Positions 13,570-26,500 of a stretch of 64,000 nucleotides of DNA are shown one piece after another. Origin of the DNA: TPA_inf: Saccharomyces. Its lineage: Eukaryota. Both the position numbers and the translations under genes were made by a program. The stretch is taken from the NCBI GenBank assembly GCA_000146045.2, contig BK006942.2, positions 128,001 to 192,000 of the forward strand, read 5' to 3'. The notes beneath the pieces are model-generated. The model was not told the DNA's origin. It saw nothing but the letters and a program-made list of their open reading frames with translations, and did no database searches. Within the stretch, counting starts at the first letter, position 1. Every line of letters begins with the position of its first letter.

Positions 13570-14725
13570 TCTTGCGTTTTGAGTGTCAATTTATTCTATT
13601 TTCAACGACCTTTTAAAGTAATAATGAGTGCTCTTGACTTAACTCTAATGCTATAACTGTTTCTTTGCACCGATGCGTTCCTTTGAATGATCTCAGGTAA
13701 TATATTAAATATTTTTCAAATGTCTTTACCACATTCTTCAGTAATACATTTTCTCTCTAATTTTTCATTTTCCATTTTCCATTTTATTTTTAGAACGTGT
13801 GACAAAGTTGTTTCAAGAACAATATAGAATTCTTAGCCAAAAAGAGAAAGCAAGAAAATTAAACTTTATTTGTCTAAGAAAAGCCCGAACAGCGAAACCG
13901 ATCACTTCCCAGGATCGGAAGGTGTCACTTTGCGCCTTTTGCTCCGCCGCTCTTTCGTCGGCGTTCTTTGCTTCCCTGGGCGCTGTCGCATTAAGAATAT
14001 CATGTATATTCAGGAACAAAGGTAAATCACCTATAGACGTGCGCCGCAATAACCCTGCTAAGAAAATTCATTTAAAAAACTTACCTGCCAGTCTTGTTGT
14101 TTACTCAAACCACATACTATGATTATACTTTTGTCAGAGTTATGCGATGCCGCTTAAGCTTTGATTAAGAATTTTTTTCTCTTCTTTAAGTATGCCGTGC
14201 ACTTTTCGCTTCTCCAAAATATGACCCAATACTCATTTGGTTATTTTTACCAAGTAATCGATCAGATAGCATTAATAGCGTGAATATTTGATGGAATAAC
14301 ATATTAGAAAAGCTTTAGCTGGCAATTCTTGTACTGTCTTTCGCCGAAACCTGTTTGATGACTACTTCATCAATTTTTTTTTTTTCTGCCGCATTCCAAA
14401 GGTCATAACTTTGCAAAAATAAAGGGTAAATGGTTAAAAATTGTTATCATAAATAAGGTGACCGGTTATATTGAGACCTTTCCTGGACAGTAACTAATAC
14501 AGAAGCCATTGGTAATGCAATAATTTATTTGATCATGTGACTACGATCCGGGTGAGACTATTCAAAAAAGGAGTCAAGCATTGAAATAATTAATGACTAA
14601 TCCGAAGTTAATTGTTAGGAGTCAATTGTTTTTTCCAATGAATGGAATCTGAGATGACTAAACTACCAATTTTCAATAGTTCATGGTATAGTGACGTAGT
14701 TAGTGCTTTTTTTTCTTGGATCTGT

Positions 14726-14732
14726 TGACTCA
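14726..14732 (+). promoter_or_regulatory. Gcn4 response element (TGACTCA) in HIS5 promoter
   Basis: Exact TGACTCA about 200 bp upstream of HIS5 ATG; HIS5 is a known general-amino-acid-control target. Confidence 0.55.
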
Positions 14733-14927
14733 CTTCAATTGATGTTTCTTACCCTGACATGACATACTTGATATTTTATCTCTCACGTTATATAACTTGA
14801 AAAGGATGCACACAGTTCTGTTCAATATACCCTCCAATATGTAAAAACAGTTTTTCCATTGATTACTCTTAATTTGTTTCCTGCTAAACCAGCAGTACGT
14901 GTGTGCCGTATATATTAAAATTACACT

Positions 14928-16085
14928 ATGGTTTTTGATTTGAAAAGAATTGTTAGACCAAAAATTTATAACTTGGAACCTTATCGCTGTGCAAGAGATG
15001 ATTTCACCGAGGGTATATTGCTAGACGCCAATGAAAATGCCCATGGACCTACTCCAGTTGAATTGAGCAAGACCAATTTACATCGTTACCCGGATCCTCA
15101 CCAATTGGAATTCAAGACCGCAATGACGAAATACAGGAACAAAACAAGCAGTTATGCCAATGACCCAGAGGTAAAACCTTTAACTGCTGACAATCTGTGC
15201 CTAGGTGTGGGATCTGATGAGAGTATTGATGCTATTATTAGAGCATGCTGTGTTCCCGGGAAAGAAAAGATTCTGGTTCTTCCACCAACATATTCTATGT
15301 ACTCTGTTTGTGCAAACATTAATGATATAGAAGTCGTCCAATGTCCTTTAACTGTTTCCGACGGTTCTTTTCAAATGGATACCGAAGCTGTATTAACCAT
15401 TTTGAAAAACGACTCGCTAATTAAGTTGATGTTCGTTACTTCACCAGGTAATCCAACCGGAGCCAAAATTAAGACCAGTTTAATCGAAAAGGTCTTACAG
15501 AATTGGGACAATGGGTTAGTCGTTGTTGATGAAGCTTACGTAGATTTTTGTGGTGGCTCTACAGCTCCACTAGTCACCAAGTATCCTAACTTGGTTACTT
15601 TGCAAACTCTATCCAAGTCATTCGGTTTAGCCGGGATTAGGTTGGGTATGACATATGCAACAGCAGAGTTGGCCAGAATTTTAAATGCAATGAAGGCGCC
15701 TTATAATATTTCCTCCCTAGCCTCTGAATATGCACTAAAAGCTGTTCAAGACAGTAATCTAAAGAAGATGGAAGCCACTTCGAAAATAATCAATGAAGAG
15801 AAAATGCGCCTCTTAAAGGAATTAACTGCTTTGGATTACGTTGATGACCAATATGTTGGTGGATTAGATGCTAATTTTCTTTTAATACGGATCAACGGGG
15901 GTGACAATGTCTTGGCAAAGAAGTTATATTACCAATTGGCTACTCAATCTGGGGTTGTCGTCAGATTTAGAGGTAACGAATTAGGCTGTTCCGGATGTTT
16001 GAGAATTACCGTTGGAACCCATGAGGAGAACACACATTTGATAAAGTACTTCAAGGAGACGTTATATAAGCTGGCCAATGAATAA
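14928..16085 (+). CDS. HIS5: Histidinol-phosphate aminotransferase
   Basis: 385-aa ORF; class II aminotransferase PLP-lysine region (LQTLSKSFGLAGIRLG); Gcn4 TGACTCA site upstream. Confidence 0.93.
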   Translation: MVFDLKRIVRPKIYNLEPYRCARDDFTEGILLDANENAHGPTPVELSKTNLHRYPDPHQLEFKTAMTKYRNKTSSYANDPEVKPLTADNLCLGVGSDESIDAIIRACCVPGKEKILVLPPTYSMYSVCANINDIEVVQCPLTVSDGSFQMDTEAVLTILKNDSLIKLMFVTSPGNPTGAKIKTSLIEKVLQNWDNGLVVVDEAYVDFCGGSTAPLVTKYPNLVTLQTLSKSFGLAGIRLGMTYATAELARILNAMKAPYNISSLASEYALKAVQDSNLKKMEATSKIINEEKMRLLKELTALDYVDDQYVGGLDANFLLIRINGGDNVLAKKLYYQLATQSGVVVRFRGNELGCSGCLRITVGTHEENTHLIKYFKETLYKLANE

Positions 16086-16116
16086 ATAGATTAATTTAAA
16101 CAGTATATGTACAGTT

Positions 16117-16150
16117 TTATATATATATATATATATATATACATATATAA
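16117..16150. repeat. (TA)12 dinucleotide repeat downstream of HIS5
   Basis: tatatatatatatatatatatatatacatatata. Confidence 0.9.
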
Positions 16151-16326
16151 AGAAACCTGTGCGTTTTTTGTATTTTCAAATACATTTAGTTTTGGCGCCA
16201 CTTCTATAAAAGGTCTCATGATATTGTTACAATATCAATTTTTCTTCGTTTCTCATGCCCTGTTTCTATGATAGAGGATGAATTTATTATTAACGGCACT
16301 AACAACGTACATATAGCTAAATATCA

Positions 16327-19300
16327 CTATTTTGCCATGTTCAAATTTTTGAAGAAATCACCAATTTGCTTTTTCGTATTCATGGCCAACCCAACTTCTA
16401 CTACTTTAAATCCTTTCATGTCCTTTGTTATTGAAGAGGATGCATCGAACGACGAAGCCTTTTTACCTTTCTCCTCCAATTGTAACCTACTCACTTGCTC
16501 ACGCAATAATTTGATTTCTTTTAGTAAACCGTCACGTGCAAGAGATTCTTTAGCTAGTTTTGCCACTAATGGATTATCGTCCAATCTCTTATTCTTTACA
16601 GTGAACAATTTTAAAATGTTCAGCAACTCTTCAGTATGATTAATTTTGGCGGACACATCGAATAGCTTTTGACGTAATGTCTTTTGCATTCTAAATTGAT
16701 GCGTGCTGAGATCTTTAACGTATCCACTCGAAGCATCATCAAAATGCATTAAAAACAGATACTCCTCTTTTGCATTGGCTACATCTTCAGTTATTTGTGC
16801 AATATCTTTCCTGACATAATCTGTAACTTTTTCCTTCAGGTCTTGAATGTTAGCATTTGTTATTTGCATTTGTTCACACTTGATATTATTCTGAATATTT
16901 AATAGAATTTCAGCCTCTGGTATTCTCCAAGTATACAGATTATTGATAGACCGCACTGTACGCTTCACCAAAGGGATGCTCGATTGATCAGTAAAAAAAG
17001 TATCCATATTCCGGATGTTTTCCATCAGAACAGTAAACTCAGCTTCGACCGTCTGAAATGTACTCTCAATCAACCTTAACGTAGAATTTTGTGAAACGAA
17101 AGGAATATTTGATACTTTTGCACTTGTGTAATATTCTTTCAATTGCTTTGGTTTGCATTGCTCTGCTAAATAATTTTCGTCACCTTCAAATGTTTGAACA
17201 GAAAAATTACATGTTTCAACAGGCTCAGTTTGCAGACCATTGTCGACTGCTTCCTTCTTAACAGTTTGTGTACTGTTGTGTTTCACGGGTATGGCATCCG
17301 TTTGAACTTCATTTTCCTTGGAACTTTCTGAAAGGTCTGTCTGTATGCCAGATTCAGCATAATTGTCTTCTAATGAAGTTTGTACATCAAAATCAGCGGA
17401 AGCGCTCACTTCACGTGCTTTAAAAGCTTCTCCACCATGAGGTAGCTCATCAGTATTAATATCTTCCAGTTTATCGTAGGACTCAGATATACTTTCATCC
17501 CGGTCACTGTTGAGTGACATGTTATCATCTGATTCTTTAACTTCACTGCTTTGTCTACTGTCTTTTTCGCTCGCGTCCTCTTCTGAAGATTGGTGGTCTT
17601 CGAATTGCTTTATTGCCATATTTGAATCAAAATTCTCTTTTTCATTGTCTTTTTTCAATGCTATTCCATCTCCTTGGACACCATGATTTGGTTGACCGCT
17701 CCTTTCATTATTCTTCGAAGTTTCATTCATTTCTTTAGACTTGTTATCGTGATCAACCACAGCATGTTGACTATATTTTGGGTCTGTTTCGCTTTTTTCA
17801 TGATTGTTCACGTCCTGTGACTTTGGAATTTCTTCGTTTGCTGTGGTATCAAAAGCACTTTCAGAAGTCCTTACAGATATTTCACTTCCTGATACATAAC
17901 CATCTTTTGGGTCATCGTTATGATCCTTTTTAGAACTTTCTCCAGTTCTTTCTTCTTTCGCTGGTAGAAACGGATTCTCCACACTCTTCAAGGTTATGGG
18001 GCCCTTTTCACTAGTTTCTTTAGTATCAGCTTCTTCCATTGGTGAAACCGTAGATGTATTACTTTTATTCATTGTGGAGTTACCAAACGAAAAAGCAGGT
18101 GTTGTAGAGCTTGGTTTGGTAATATTTGTTGCAAATGCTGAAAACGGCGATTCGGATTTTGCTTTGACATGATTTCCAAATACAGGATTTTTTAAACCAG
18201 CCATGTCAATATTGGCACTTTTTTTTATAGTTTCAGTTAGCTTGCCTATGGGGGATTTTTGCGCTTCCTCCTCGACAACTTCACCATCTTCATCCGAGGG
18301 AGTTTCCGGTAATCTAGTAGAAGATGTTTGCTCAACCGTAGAATCTGTCAAATCATTACCGCTTACGTTGGGACCATTGCTTTCGTGTTCTTCATTATCG
18401 TCATTGATTTCACTGGTAGAGCCCTTACTTAAAGATCCATTTTCAGTATCATCTTTTGTGAAGGAACTGAATGGTGATTTGTTTCCTAACTGTGAAGAGA
18501 AAGGTGAAGCCTGAGTACCGAATTTAAAAGTTGTATCGGAACCAACAGATTCCAGAGCCTTTGAAAATCCAGATCCAAAGGAAGAACTCCCAAAATCAAA
18601 GGCATTGGTCTTTGGTTTCGTAGAGGTGTTAGGTTTCGTACCAAAAGGTGTCGAAGAAGAGTCTACATCACTCTTAGACTCATCTTCACTTTGATCGCCA
18701 GAAGATGGGAAAGGTGACGTTGAATCTACCTCCTTTGGGCTGTCAACTGTAGGTTTTGAAATAGTAAAGTTTGATCCGAAAAGTTCATTGTTGGCGGGTG
18801 CAAAAGATGATGAACCAAATGCAGCCTTTCCAAATATGGATCCAGAGTTAGTTTCGTTACTTGATGCAGTTCCGAATGCAGATGTACCAAAAGAGGGCTT
18901 ACCAAAGGCAGATCCGGAAGCAGGCGGCTCAGCAGATGAATTTCCAGAGCCAAAGGAAGGAGTACCAAAAGAGGGCTTACCAAATGCAGATCCGGAGGCA
19001 GGCGGCTCAACAGATGAATTTCCAGAGCCAAAGGAAGGAGTACCAAAAGAGGGCTTACCAAAGGCAGATCCGGAGGCAGGCGATTCAACAGATGACTTTC
19101 CAGAGCCAAAGGAGGGAGCACCAAAAGATGGCTTGCCAAAGGCATATTCTGATGTTGACGGTTCTTTGGCAATAGCTCCGAACGCGGGTTTGCCGAATAC
19201 TGGCTTAGCAGAAGCAGGATCTGTTGCGTCTTGTTCACTGGACGCTACACCAGTACTGGTAGATGAGACTGATGGCAAGTCAATTTTAAATGCGGATGAT

Positions 19301-20709
19301 CCAAATGAGGGAGCACCAAAGGTTGAAGAACTTTGAGACTGCAGGCTATTGGCAGCGGCTGGTTGTGTTTTAAGAAAAGTGAAGCCTGATGTATTTGCTG
19401 ATGTGAAAGGATTCTCTGATAAAGCCTTACTTGATTCATTATTTTTCTTTTTTTCTTCCTGCTCCTGTCCAGCAATAGGAATTTTTTCTGATGTAGGAGA
19501 GAGAGATTTCTCATGTTCTAAAGATTCCAGATTTATGCTATAATGGCCGCTTTTGATTGCTGCCACATGAAACAACCCGACTATCTGTAAGCTACCTTCG
19601 TTATTCAATATGTAAACGAGCGGCAATCGCTCTATCGTATCAACACCGGAACAAGGTTCTAGAATAGTGCCTGAAGTAACGACGTCAACTGCCACACCTA
19701 TTGGATTTGTGTCCTTATCTGTTTCCTCACTGATGGGCAATACTGCTCGTTCAGAATCCTGGGAAGGTTCAATAACTTGTTTCGAGTCCCATATACTTAC
19801 TTCACTTGAACATGATGATGCTAGCACATTTACGTTTGCATCAGGTTCAATTAAACCAGACAAGGTAACTTTGTACATATATGGGAACCTTACTATTTGC
19901 CCGAATGGAGGTGTAATATCAAAAGTTTCTTGAAATGAGGCGCTGCCGTCTATGTGCTTTATAATGTACATTTTTTGATCGTATGAAACTTCGTCATCGG
20001 TCTCTGATATAACATTACCGAAAACCGCCAAAAAATCCTGTGGAGAGAGAATGGTAACACTCAAAGGGGAATATTCTTCTACTGGAAGCTCTTCTAATTC
20101 TGACGGTAGAGAGAACTCAAATTGTTTTTCCATTTCGCCATTTCGCCATGCAAAACTTTGAAAACTTCTATCTTTTAGTAGAACTGCTAACTGCGAATTT
20201 GTGACATCAAAAGAGGTAACGTTTTGTGCCAGTTGCTTAGTCGATTTTGTTCTTAAATCCAGTGCTGATAAATCATTGACTGAATTTAAAATTACTAAAG
20301 TGTTATTAACGTTCTTCAATTGGAAAACTGGCTTCTCAAAAGAAGTGACCGTTCGAAATTCACTCAATTCCTCCAAGTCTAACGAATATAATGCATTTCT
20401 GGTTGAAACCAAAACCTGATCACCATGAAAGCACACAAATATTACATCTGGGATTTCTTTCTCCCACTTGAACGTTAACGGAGTAGAGTCGGAGGTGATA
20501 TGATCTCTCAGTAATTGTAATTCGCCGACCACCGCCTTACTACCAGAGGCAGCAACGAATAAAGACTTACTGTTTGAAATATCGAGATTTTGTAGAGATG
20601 CAAATGGCAGTTTTTCATTGAAGGAAGGTAGAATTTGTTTTTGACCTAAAAACTTAAAACCGAAGTCTTCGGAAGTCTCAGTGGGTACTTCATCCTTCAA
20701 AGAAGACAT
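16327..20709 (-). CDS. NUP159: FG-nucleoporin Nup159 (cytoplasmic filament, Dbp5 docking)
   Basis: 1460-aa ORF; N-terminal beta-propeller-like region, central PSFG/SAFG repeats, C-terminal coiled coil; recognised as Nup159. Confidence 0.92.
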   Translation of the reverse strand: MSSLKDEVPTETSEDFGFKFLGQKQILPSFNEKLPFASLQNLDISNSKSLFVAASGSKAVVGELQLLRDHITSDSTPLTFKWEKEIPDVIFVCFHGDQVLVSTRNALYSLDLEELSEFRTVTSFEKPVFQLKNVNNTLVILNSVNDLSALDLRTKSTKQLAQNVTSFDVTNSQLAVLLKDRSFQSFAWRNGEMEKQFEFSLPSELEELPVEEYSPLSVTILSPQDFLAVFGNVISETDDEVSYDQKMYIIKHIDGSASFQETFDITPPFGQIVRFPYMYKVTLSGLIEPDANVNVLASSCSSEVSIWDSKQVIEPSQDSERAVLPISEETDKDTNPIGVAVDVVTSGTILEPCSGVDTIERLPLVYILNNEGSLQIVGLFHVAAIKSGHYSINLESLEHEKSLSPTSEKIPIAGQEQEEKKKNNESSKALSENPFTSANTSGFTFLKTQPAAANSLQSQSSSTFGAPSFGSSAFKIDLPSVSSTSTGVASSEQDATDPASAKPVFGKPAFGAIAKEPSTSEYAFGKPSFGAPSFGSGKSSVESPASGSAFGKPSFGTPSFGSGNSSVEPPASGSAFGKPSFGTPSFGSGNSSAEPPASGSAFGKPSFGTSAFGTASSNETNSGSIFGKAAFGSSSFAPANNELFGSNFTISKPTVDSPKEVDSTSPFPSSGDQSEDESKSDVDSSSTPFGTKPNTSTKPKTNAFDFGSSSFGSGFSKALESVGSDTTFKFGTQASPFSSQLGNKSPFSSFTKDDTENGSLSKGSTSEINDDNEEHESNGPNVSGNDLTDSTVEQTSSTRLPETPSDEDGEVVEEEAQKSPIGKLTETIKKSANIDMAGLKNPVFGNHVKAKSESPFSAFATNITKPSSTTPAFSFGNSTMNKSNTSTVSPMEEADTKETSEKGPITLKSVENPFLPAKEERTGESSKKDHNDDPKDGYVSGSEISVRTSESAFDTTANEEIPKSQDVNNHEKSETDPKYSQHAVVDHDNKSKEMNETSKNNERSGQPNHGVQGDGIALKKDNEKENFDSNMAIKQFEDHQSSEEDASEKDSRQSSEVKESDDNMSLNSDRDESISESYDKLEDINTDELPHGGEAFKAREVSASADFDVQTSLEDNYAESGIQTDLSESSKENEVQTDAIPVKHNSTQTVKKEAVDNGLQTEPVETCNFSVQTFEGDENYLAEQCKPKQLKEYYTSAKVSNIPFVSQNSTLRLIESTFQTVEAEFTVLMENIRNMDTFFTDQSSIPLVKRTVRSINNLYTWRIPEAEILLNIQNNIKCEQMQITNANIQDLKEKVTDYVRKDIAQITEDVANAKEEYLFLMHFDDASSGYVKDLSTHQFRMQKTLRQKLFDVSAKINHTEELLNILKLFTVKNKRLDDNPLVAKLAKESLARDGLLKEIKLLREQVSRLQLEEKGKKASSFDASSSITKDMKGFKVVEVGLAMNTKKQIGDFFKNLNMAK
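18887..19150 (-). repeat. 78-nt tandem coding repeat x ~3.5 (26-aa SAFGKPSFGTPSFGSGNSSxEPPASG FG unit) inside NUP159
   Basis: Unit anchors ccaaaagagggcttacc recur at 18887, 18965, 19043, 19121 (period 78 nt) with few substitutions. Confidence 0.85.
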
Positions 20710-21142
20710 GTTATAATGGTTCTGTAATCAATATATATATATTTATGTGCGTTTCTCTGCTAAAATTGCAATAATGAAATTAAACCTTCACGCAAAATCG
20801 TTATTGAAGTTGGAGAGGAGACAAATTAACCTGAGAAATATGAATTGGTGTGAAGCAGCGTATGTGTGACAGAACAAACAAGCCTAAACGCCGATGTCAA
20901 ACACAATTTTTTCTCCAGTTTATGCGTGCAACTATCCTTCGGTCCTTTGTCTTTTTTTCTCTTTTGATCAAACAATTGAAAAAACACTGGTCGTAGGTCA
21001 CGATAAAAGTTGCGATGTCCCCTCCCACCTAGTTTCCTAAATACTATTATATAATATTAACTAAACAAACGTCAGAAAAAAAAAAAACTCTATCAAAAGT
21101 ACAAATCCTTATTTAGTAAAATTTATAAGAAAATAAAATCTC

Positions 21143-21988
21143 TCAGGGCGAGAACGATAGAGACCAGCCAAATTTGTGGACTGGTTCAGTCAGTTGTAGC
21201 GCATTGAAAGACATACCCACACCCAAAGAAATATCTTTATTCAAATTTCGCTTGTACGACAATGTAGTCAGGCCTGAATCTGCAATTTTTGCCTTAACTT
21301 GCGAAATAGAATCTGGTACGTATCTGGTAACAAATTCAATGTTCATATTAGAACTTGTCTTCGATTGTAAAGTGGCTTTAGTTCCCACTTGCAAATAGCG
21401 GTTAACGTTTTGAAAAAATGAAGCAGTTGCGCATTGCCTGTTGTTAGTAGACAAAATAAACGAATATTCTCTGGCAAGATACCCGATTGACATAGCATAG
21501 CGTGCACATAAACCCGCAGCTGTGTCATATGCGATGTCAGTGCCGCCAACAAACCCGCGGTGGCCCAAAGTAACACTTCCGACAAAGTCCTTAGGTTGCA
21601 AGATGTCTATAGAAGTTCTTGCTGCAAACGATTTTTGGGCGTAGCTCAAATTAAATTTGGCGTTCTTGATGGATTGGGGAGTCAAAAATGCGTTGACATC
21701 ACCTTTCCAACCAGGTGCTATCTTGGAAAATTCGATTCTTGTATTTAACCTGTTCTGGTTCGACCAACTCTGAGATAGCGACACTCCCTCCTTCCTGTCA
21801 TAAAACCGTCCTTCTACGCTAGTTTGGATGGGGCCTTCTGTCACGCCCTGCTTCGCCTTCAGAGTAAAATTCACACCATTTTCCGTGGTTGTTGAAATAT
21901 TCAAAGAGAGGGGGTTGGTGTGAAAAAAGTCCCTATTGAATAGGCCATTGACATCTCTAGATATATCGTTGAAAAATCGTAGTGCCAT
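21143..21988 (-). CDS. POR2: Mitochondrial porin paralog (VDAC2)
   Basis: 281-aa ORF with VDAC beta-barrel pattern; position between NUP159 and SDP1. Confidence 0.88.
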   Translation of the reverse strand: MALRFFNDISRDVNGLFNRDFFHTNPLSLNISTTTENGVNFTLKAKQGVTEGPIQTSVEGRFYDRKEGVSLSQSWSNQNRLNTRIEFSKIAPGWKGDVNAFLTPQSIKNAKFNLSYAQKSFAARTSIDILQPKDFVGSVTLGHRGFVGGTDIAYDTAAGLCARYAMSIGYLAREYSFILSTNNRQCATASFFQNVNRYLQVGTKATLQSKTSSNMNIEFVTRYVPDSISQVKAKIADSGLTTLSYKRNLNKDISLGVGMSFNALQLTEPVHKFGWSLSFSP

Positions 21989-22552
21989 CGTAGGTAATTT
22001 CTAACACTTTCCTCTTCATGCAATTCCTTCACTCGAGAATAAAACAGAAGAGCTCCATCTTCACTATTCTTTCTTTTCTTTTTGTTCCATTTCTGCAATT
22101 GGAAGCGAGAAAAAAGGAAAGGAATTGCTAAAGGCGCTTTCAATCATGTAAGACAAATTAGTATTTGGTTAAAAAATGCAGAAGCTCAGTCGCAGCATAG
22201 AAAAAGAACTAAACTTTTAAATGCTGAAAACTACGAACAGATTTTGCAGTGTGTCATTTCTGCGGAATCCGTTATTCGTCTCATTTGCTAGGCAGGGCGC
22301 ACACTATTGGAATAGGAGATATCTTCCAGATAGAAAAGGGTTTTTGCGTCGTACGGCGCGGCCTTGGCAACTCCCCTTCTGGAACAGGCAACTTCCTAAT
22401 TAGGTTGCCGCAGCGAATAACTTTAATCAGTTCTTATCCCCTTTATGGTATACTGGGTGATATAAAAGAACGAGTAAGACAAGATCAGCAACAAAGTTGA
22501 AGATAATCTATTATCTAAAATAACACATACGGCTGCGCACTTGTAGCCATAA

Positions 22553-23188
<636 letters not shown>

Positions 23189-23594
23189 GAGAGAAAAAAA
23201 AAAAAGATATAGCATTCAATGAGGCTTTATTGAGGGGCACGATGCTCTTTTTTTCTTCTGTACTTTATAAATAATTCCGTATTTCTTCGCTTTGTTTCAT
23301 GCTCTGTTCTGAGCTTTTAGTTTCTCTTATTGAGAGCCTTTTCCAAATCAAGGCTCAGGAAGTGACTCGTCCTTAGAAGAACAAGGTTTGGATTTGGTAG
23401 GGTTCTTGTACGAAGTTCTCAATATAATTTGCGCATTTACTGTACGGTTCATACTAGTTTATTCCGGGTAACAAGTTTTCTTGTGATGCTAAATCAATGT
23501 GTATATTGAGAAAACTATGTAGTAAGTTACACAAAGCAACAAAGGATATTATTATATGTGACAGAGAAGAATTGCTGTAGAGATTCATGACAAT

Positions 23595-26500
23595 ATGAAT
23601 GAGACTACTACAAAACAGCCGCTAAAGAAAAGGTCCCTGAGCAGCTATCTTTCAAACGTGAGCACGAGACGGGAGGAGCTGGAAAAGATTTCTAAACAAG
23701 AAACATCCGAAGAGGAAGATACTGCCGGCAAGCATGAACAAAGGGAAACACTGTCGGAAGAAGTAAGTGATAAGTTTCCAGAAAATGTTGCATCGTTTCG
23801 CTCACAGACTACAAGCGTTCATCAAGCCACCCAAAATAACCTGAATGCAAAGGAATCCGAAGACCTGGCCCATAAGAATGATGCGAGTTCACACGAAGGA
23901 GAGGTTAATGGGGACAGCCGTCCGGACGATGTTCCTGAAACGAATGAAAAAATAAGCCAAGCAATACGAGCGAAAATTTCGTCATCATCATCATCACCCA
24001 ATGTACGTAATGTTGATATCCAAAACCATCAACCTTTTTCGAGAGACCAACTTCGAGCGATGTTGAAAGAACCAAAAAGGAAAACTGTTGATGATTTCAT
24101 AGAAGAAGAGGGTTTGGGAGCTGTTGAAGAAGAGGATTTAAGTGATGAGGTACTTGAAAAAAATACAACAGAACCAGAAAATGTGGAAAAAGATATAGAG
24201 TATAGCGACTCAGATAAGGACACAGACGATGTGGGAAGCGATGATCCCACGGCACCCAACTCACCAATAAAACTTGGTCGTCGCAAACTGGTTAGAGGTG
24301 ACCAACTTGATGCAACAACAAGTTCCATGTTTAATAACGAATCAGATTCTGAATTATCAGATATCGATGATAGCAAGAATATTGCTTTATCCAGTAGCCT
24401 ATTTAGAGGCGGTTCTTCACCTGTGAAAGAGACAAACAACAACCTTTCAAATATGAATTCTTCACCAGCACAAAATCCAAAAAGGGGTTCTGTCTCCAGG
24501 AGTAATGATAGTAACAAGAGTTCTCATATAGCTGTTTCCAAGCGCCCCAAACAGAAGAAGGGCATATATAGGGATTCTGGTGGTAGAACAAGACTACAGA
24601 TTGCCTGTGACAAGGGCAAATATGATGTAGTCAAAAAGATGATTGAAGAAGGAGGTTACGATATTAATGACCAAGACAATGCTGGTAATACAGCATTGCA
24701 TGAAGCGGCGTTGCAAGGTCATATTGAGATTGTGGAACTGTTGATAGAAAATGGTGCAGATGTAAATATCAAGTCTATTGAAATGTTCGGCGATACTCCC
24801 TTGATCGATGCTTCCGCCAATGGACACTTGGATGTTGTCAAGTATCTTCTTAAAAACGGTGCGGACCCAACTATACGTAACGCTAAAGGGTTAACTGCGT
24901 TTGAATCTGTCGATGATGAATCTGAATTTGATGATGAAGAAGACCAAAAGATTTTGCGTGAAATAAAAAAAAGGTTGAGTATAGCCGCTAAAAAATGGAC
25001 TAACAGAGCAGGAATTCATAATGACAAATCTAAAAATGGCAATAATGCTCACACAATAGATCAGCCACCTTTTGATAATACCACAAAAGCCAAAAACGAA
25101 AAGGCCGCTGACTCACCTTCAATGGCTTCCAATATTGATGAGAAAGCTCCGGAAGAGGAATTCTATTGGACAGATGTTACTTCTAGAGCGGGAAAAGAAA
25201 AACTGTTTAAAGCTTCGAAGGAGGGACATTTACCATACGTTGGTACGTATGTAGAAAATGGTGGTAAGATAGACTTAAGGTCATTTTTCGAAAGCGTTAA
25301 GTGTGGCCATGAAGATATTACAAGTATCTTTTTGGCATTCGGATTTCCCGTAAATCAAACTTCAAGGGATAATAAAACATCCGCTTTAATGGTAGCTGTA
25401 GGTCGTGGCCATCTTGGAACTGTTAAACTGCTATTAGAGGCAGGTGCAGATCCAACCAAAAGAGATAAAAAGGGTCGTACCGCTTTGTACTATGCCAAAA
25501 ACAGCATAATGGGAATAACAAACAGTGAAGAAATTCAATTGATTGAAAATGCTATAAATAACTATTTGAAGAAGCACTCTGAAGATAATAATGATGATGA
25601 TGATGATGATGATAATAATAATGAAACATATAAACATGAAAAAAAGAGAGAGAAAACGCAATCACCCATATTAGCAAGCCGAAGAAGTGCCACTCCTAGA
25701 ATTGAAGACGAAGAGGACGATACGAGGATGCTCAATCTGGCAGACGATGACTTTAATAACGATCGTGATGTCAAGGAATCTACAACTTCGGATTCGCGCA
25801 AGAGATTGGATGACAATGAAAATGTTGGTACTCAATACTCATTGGACTGGAAAAAACGTAAAACAAATGCCTTGCAAGATGAAGAAAAATTAAAAAGTAT
25901 CTCACCACTCTCTATGGAACCTCATTCTCCAAAGAAGGCAAAATCTGTAGAGATAAGTAAAATACATGAAGAAACGGCTGCTGAAAGAGAAGCAAGACTC
26001 AAGGAAGAGGAAGAATACAGAAAGAAAAGATTAGAAAAGAAAAGAAAAAAAGAACAGGAACTACTACAAAAGCTGGCCGAAGATGAGAAAAAAAGGATCG
26101 AAGAACAGGAGAAGCAGAAAGTCTTAGAAATGGAAAGATTGGAAAAAGCTACTTTAGAGAAAGCAAGAAAAATGGAAAGGGAAAAAGAAATGGAAGAAAT
26201 CTCTTATAGAAGGGCAGTAAGGGACTTATATCCGTTAGGACTGAAGATTATTAACTTCAACGATAAACTTGATTACAAAAGATTTTTGCCGCTATATTAT
26301 TTTGTAGACGAAAAAAACGATAAATTTGTGCTCGACTTGCAAGTAATGATATTGTTGAAGGATATCGACTTGCTCTCAAAGGACAACCAACCAACTTCTG
26401 AGAAGATTCCCGTCGATCCCTCGCACCTGACTCCATTGTGGAATATGTTGAAATTCATTTTCCTGTATGGAGGTAGTTATGATGATAAAAAGAACAACAT

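Noticed and set aside
16268-16639. 123-aa + strand ORF overlapping the 3' end of NUP159
   Set aside because: Entirely antisense to the conserved NUP159 C-terminal coiled coil; typical dubious ORF.
18887-19150. Possible CRISPR-like array (regular direct repeats)
   Set aside because: Repeats are contiguous with no spacers, are in frame within a eukaryotic nucleoporin gene, and the whole window is yeast nuclear DNA.
18726-19336. 170-, 182- and 104-aa ORFs on both strands overlapping NUP159
   Set aside because: Produced by the in-frame 78-nt tandem repeats; periodic low-complexity translations with no start context.
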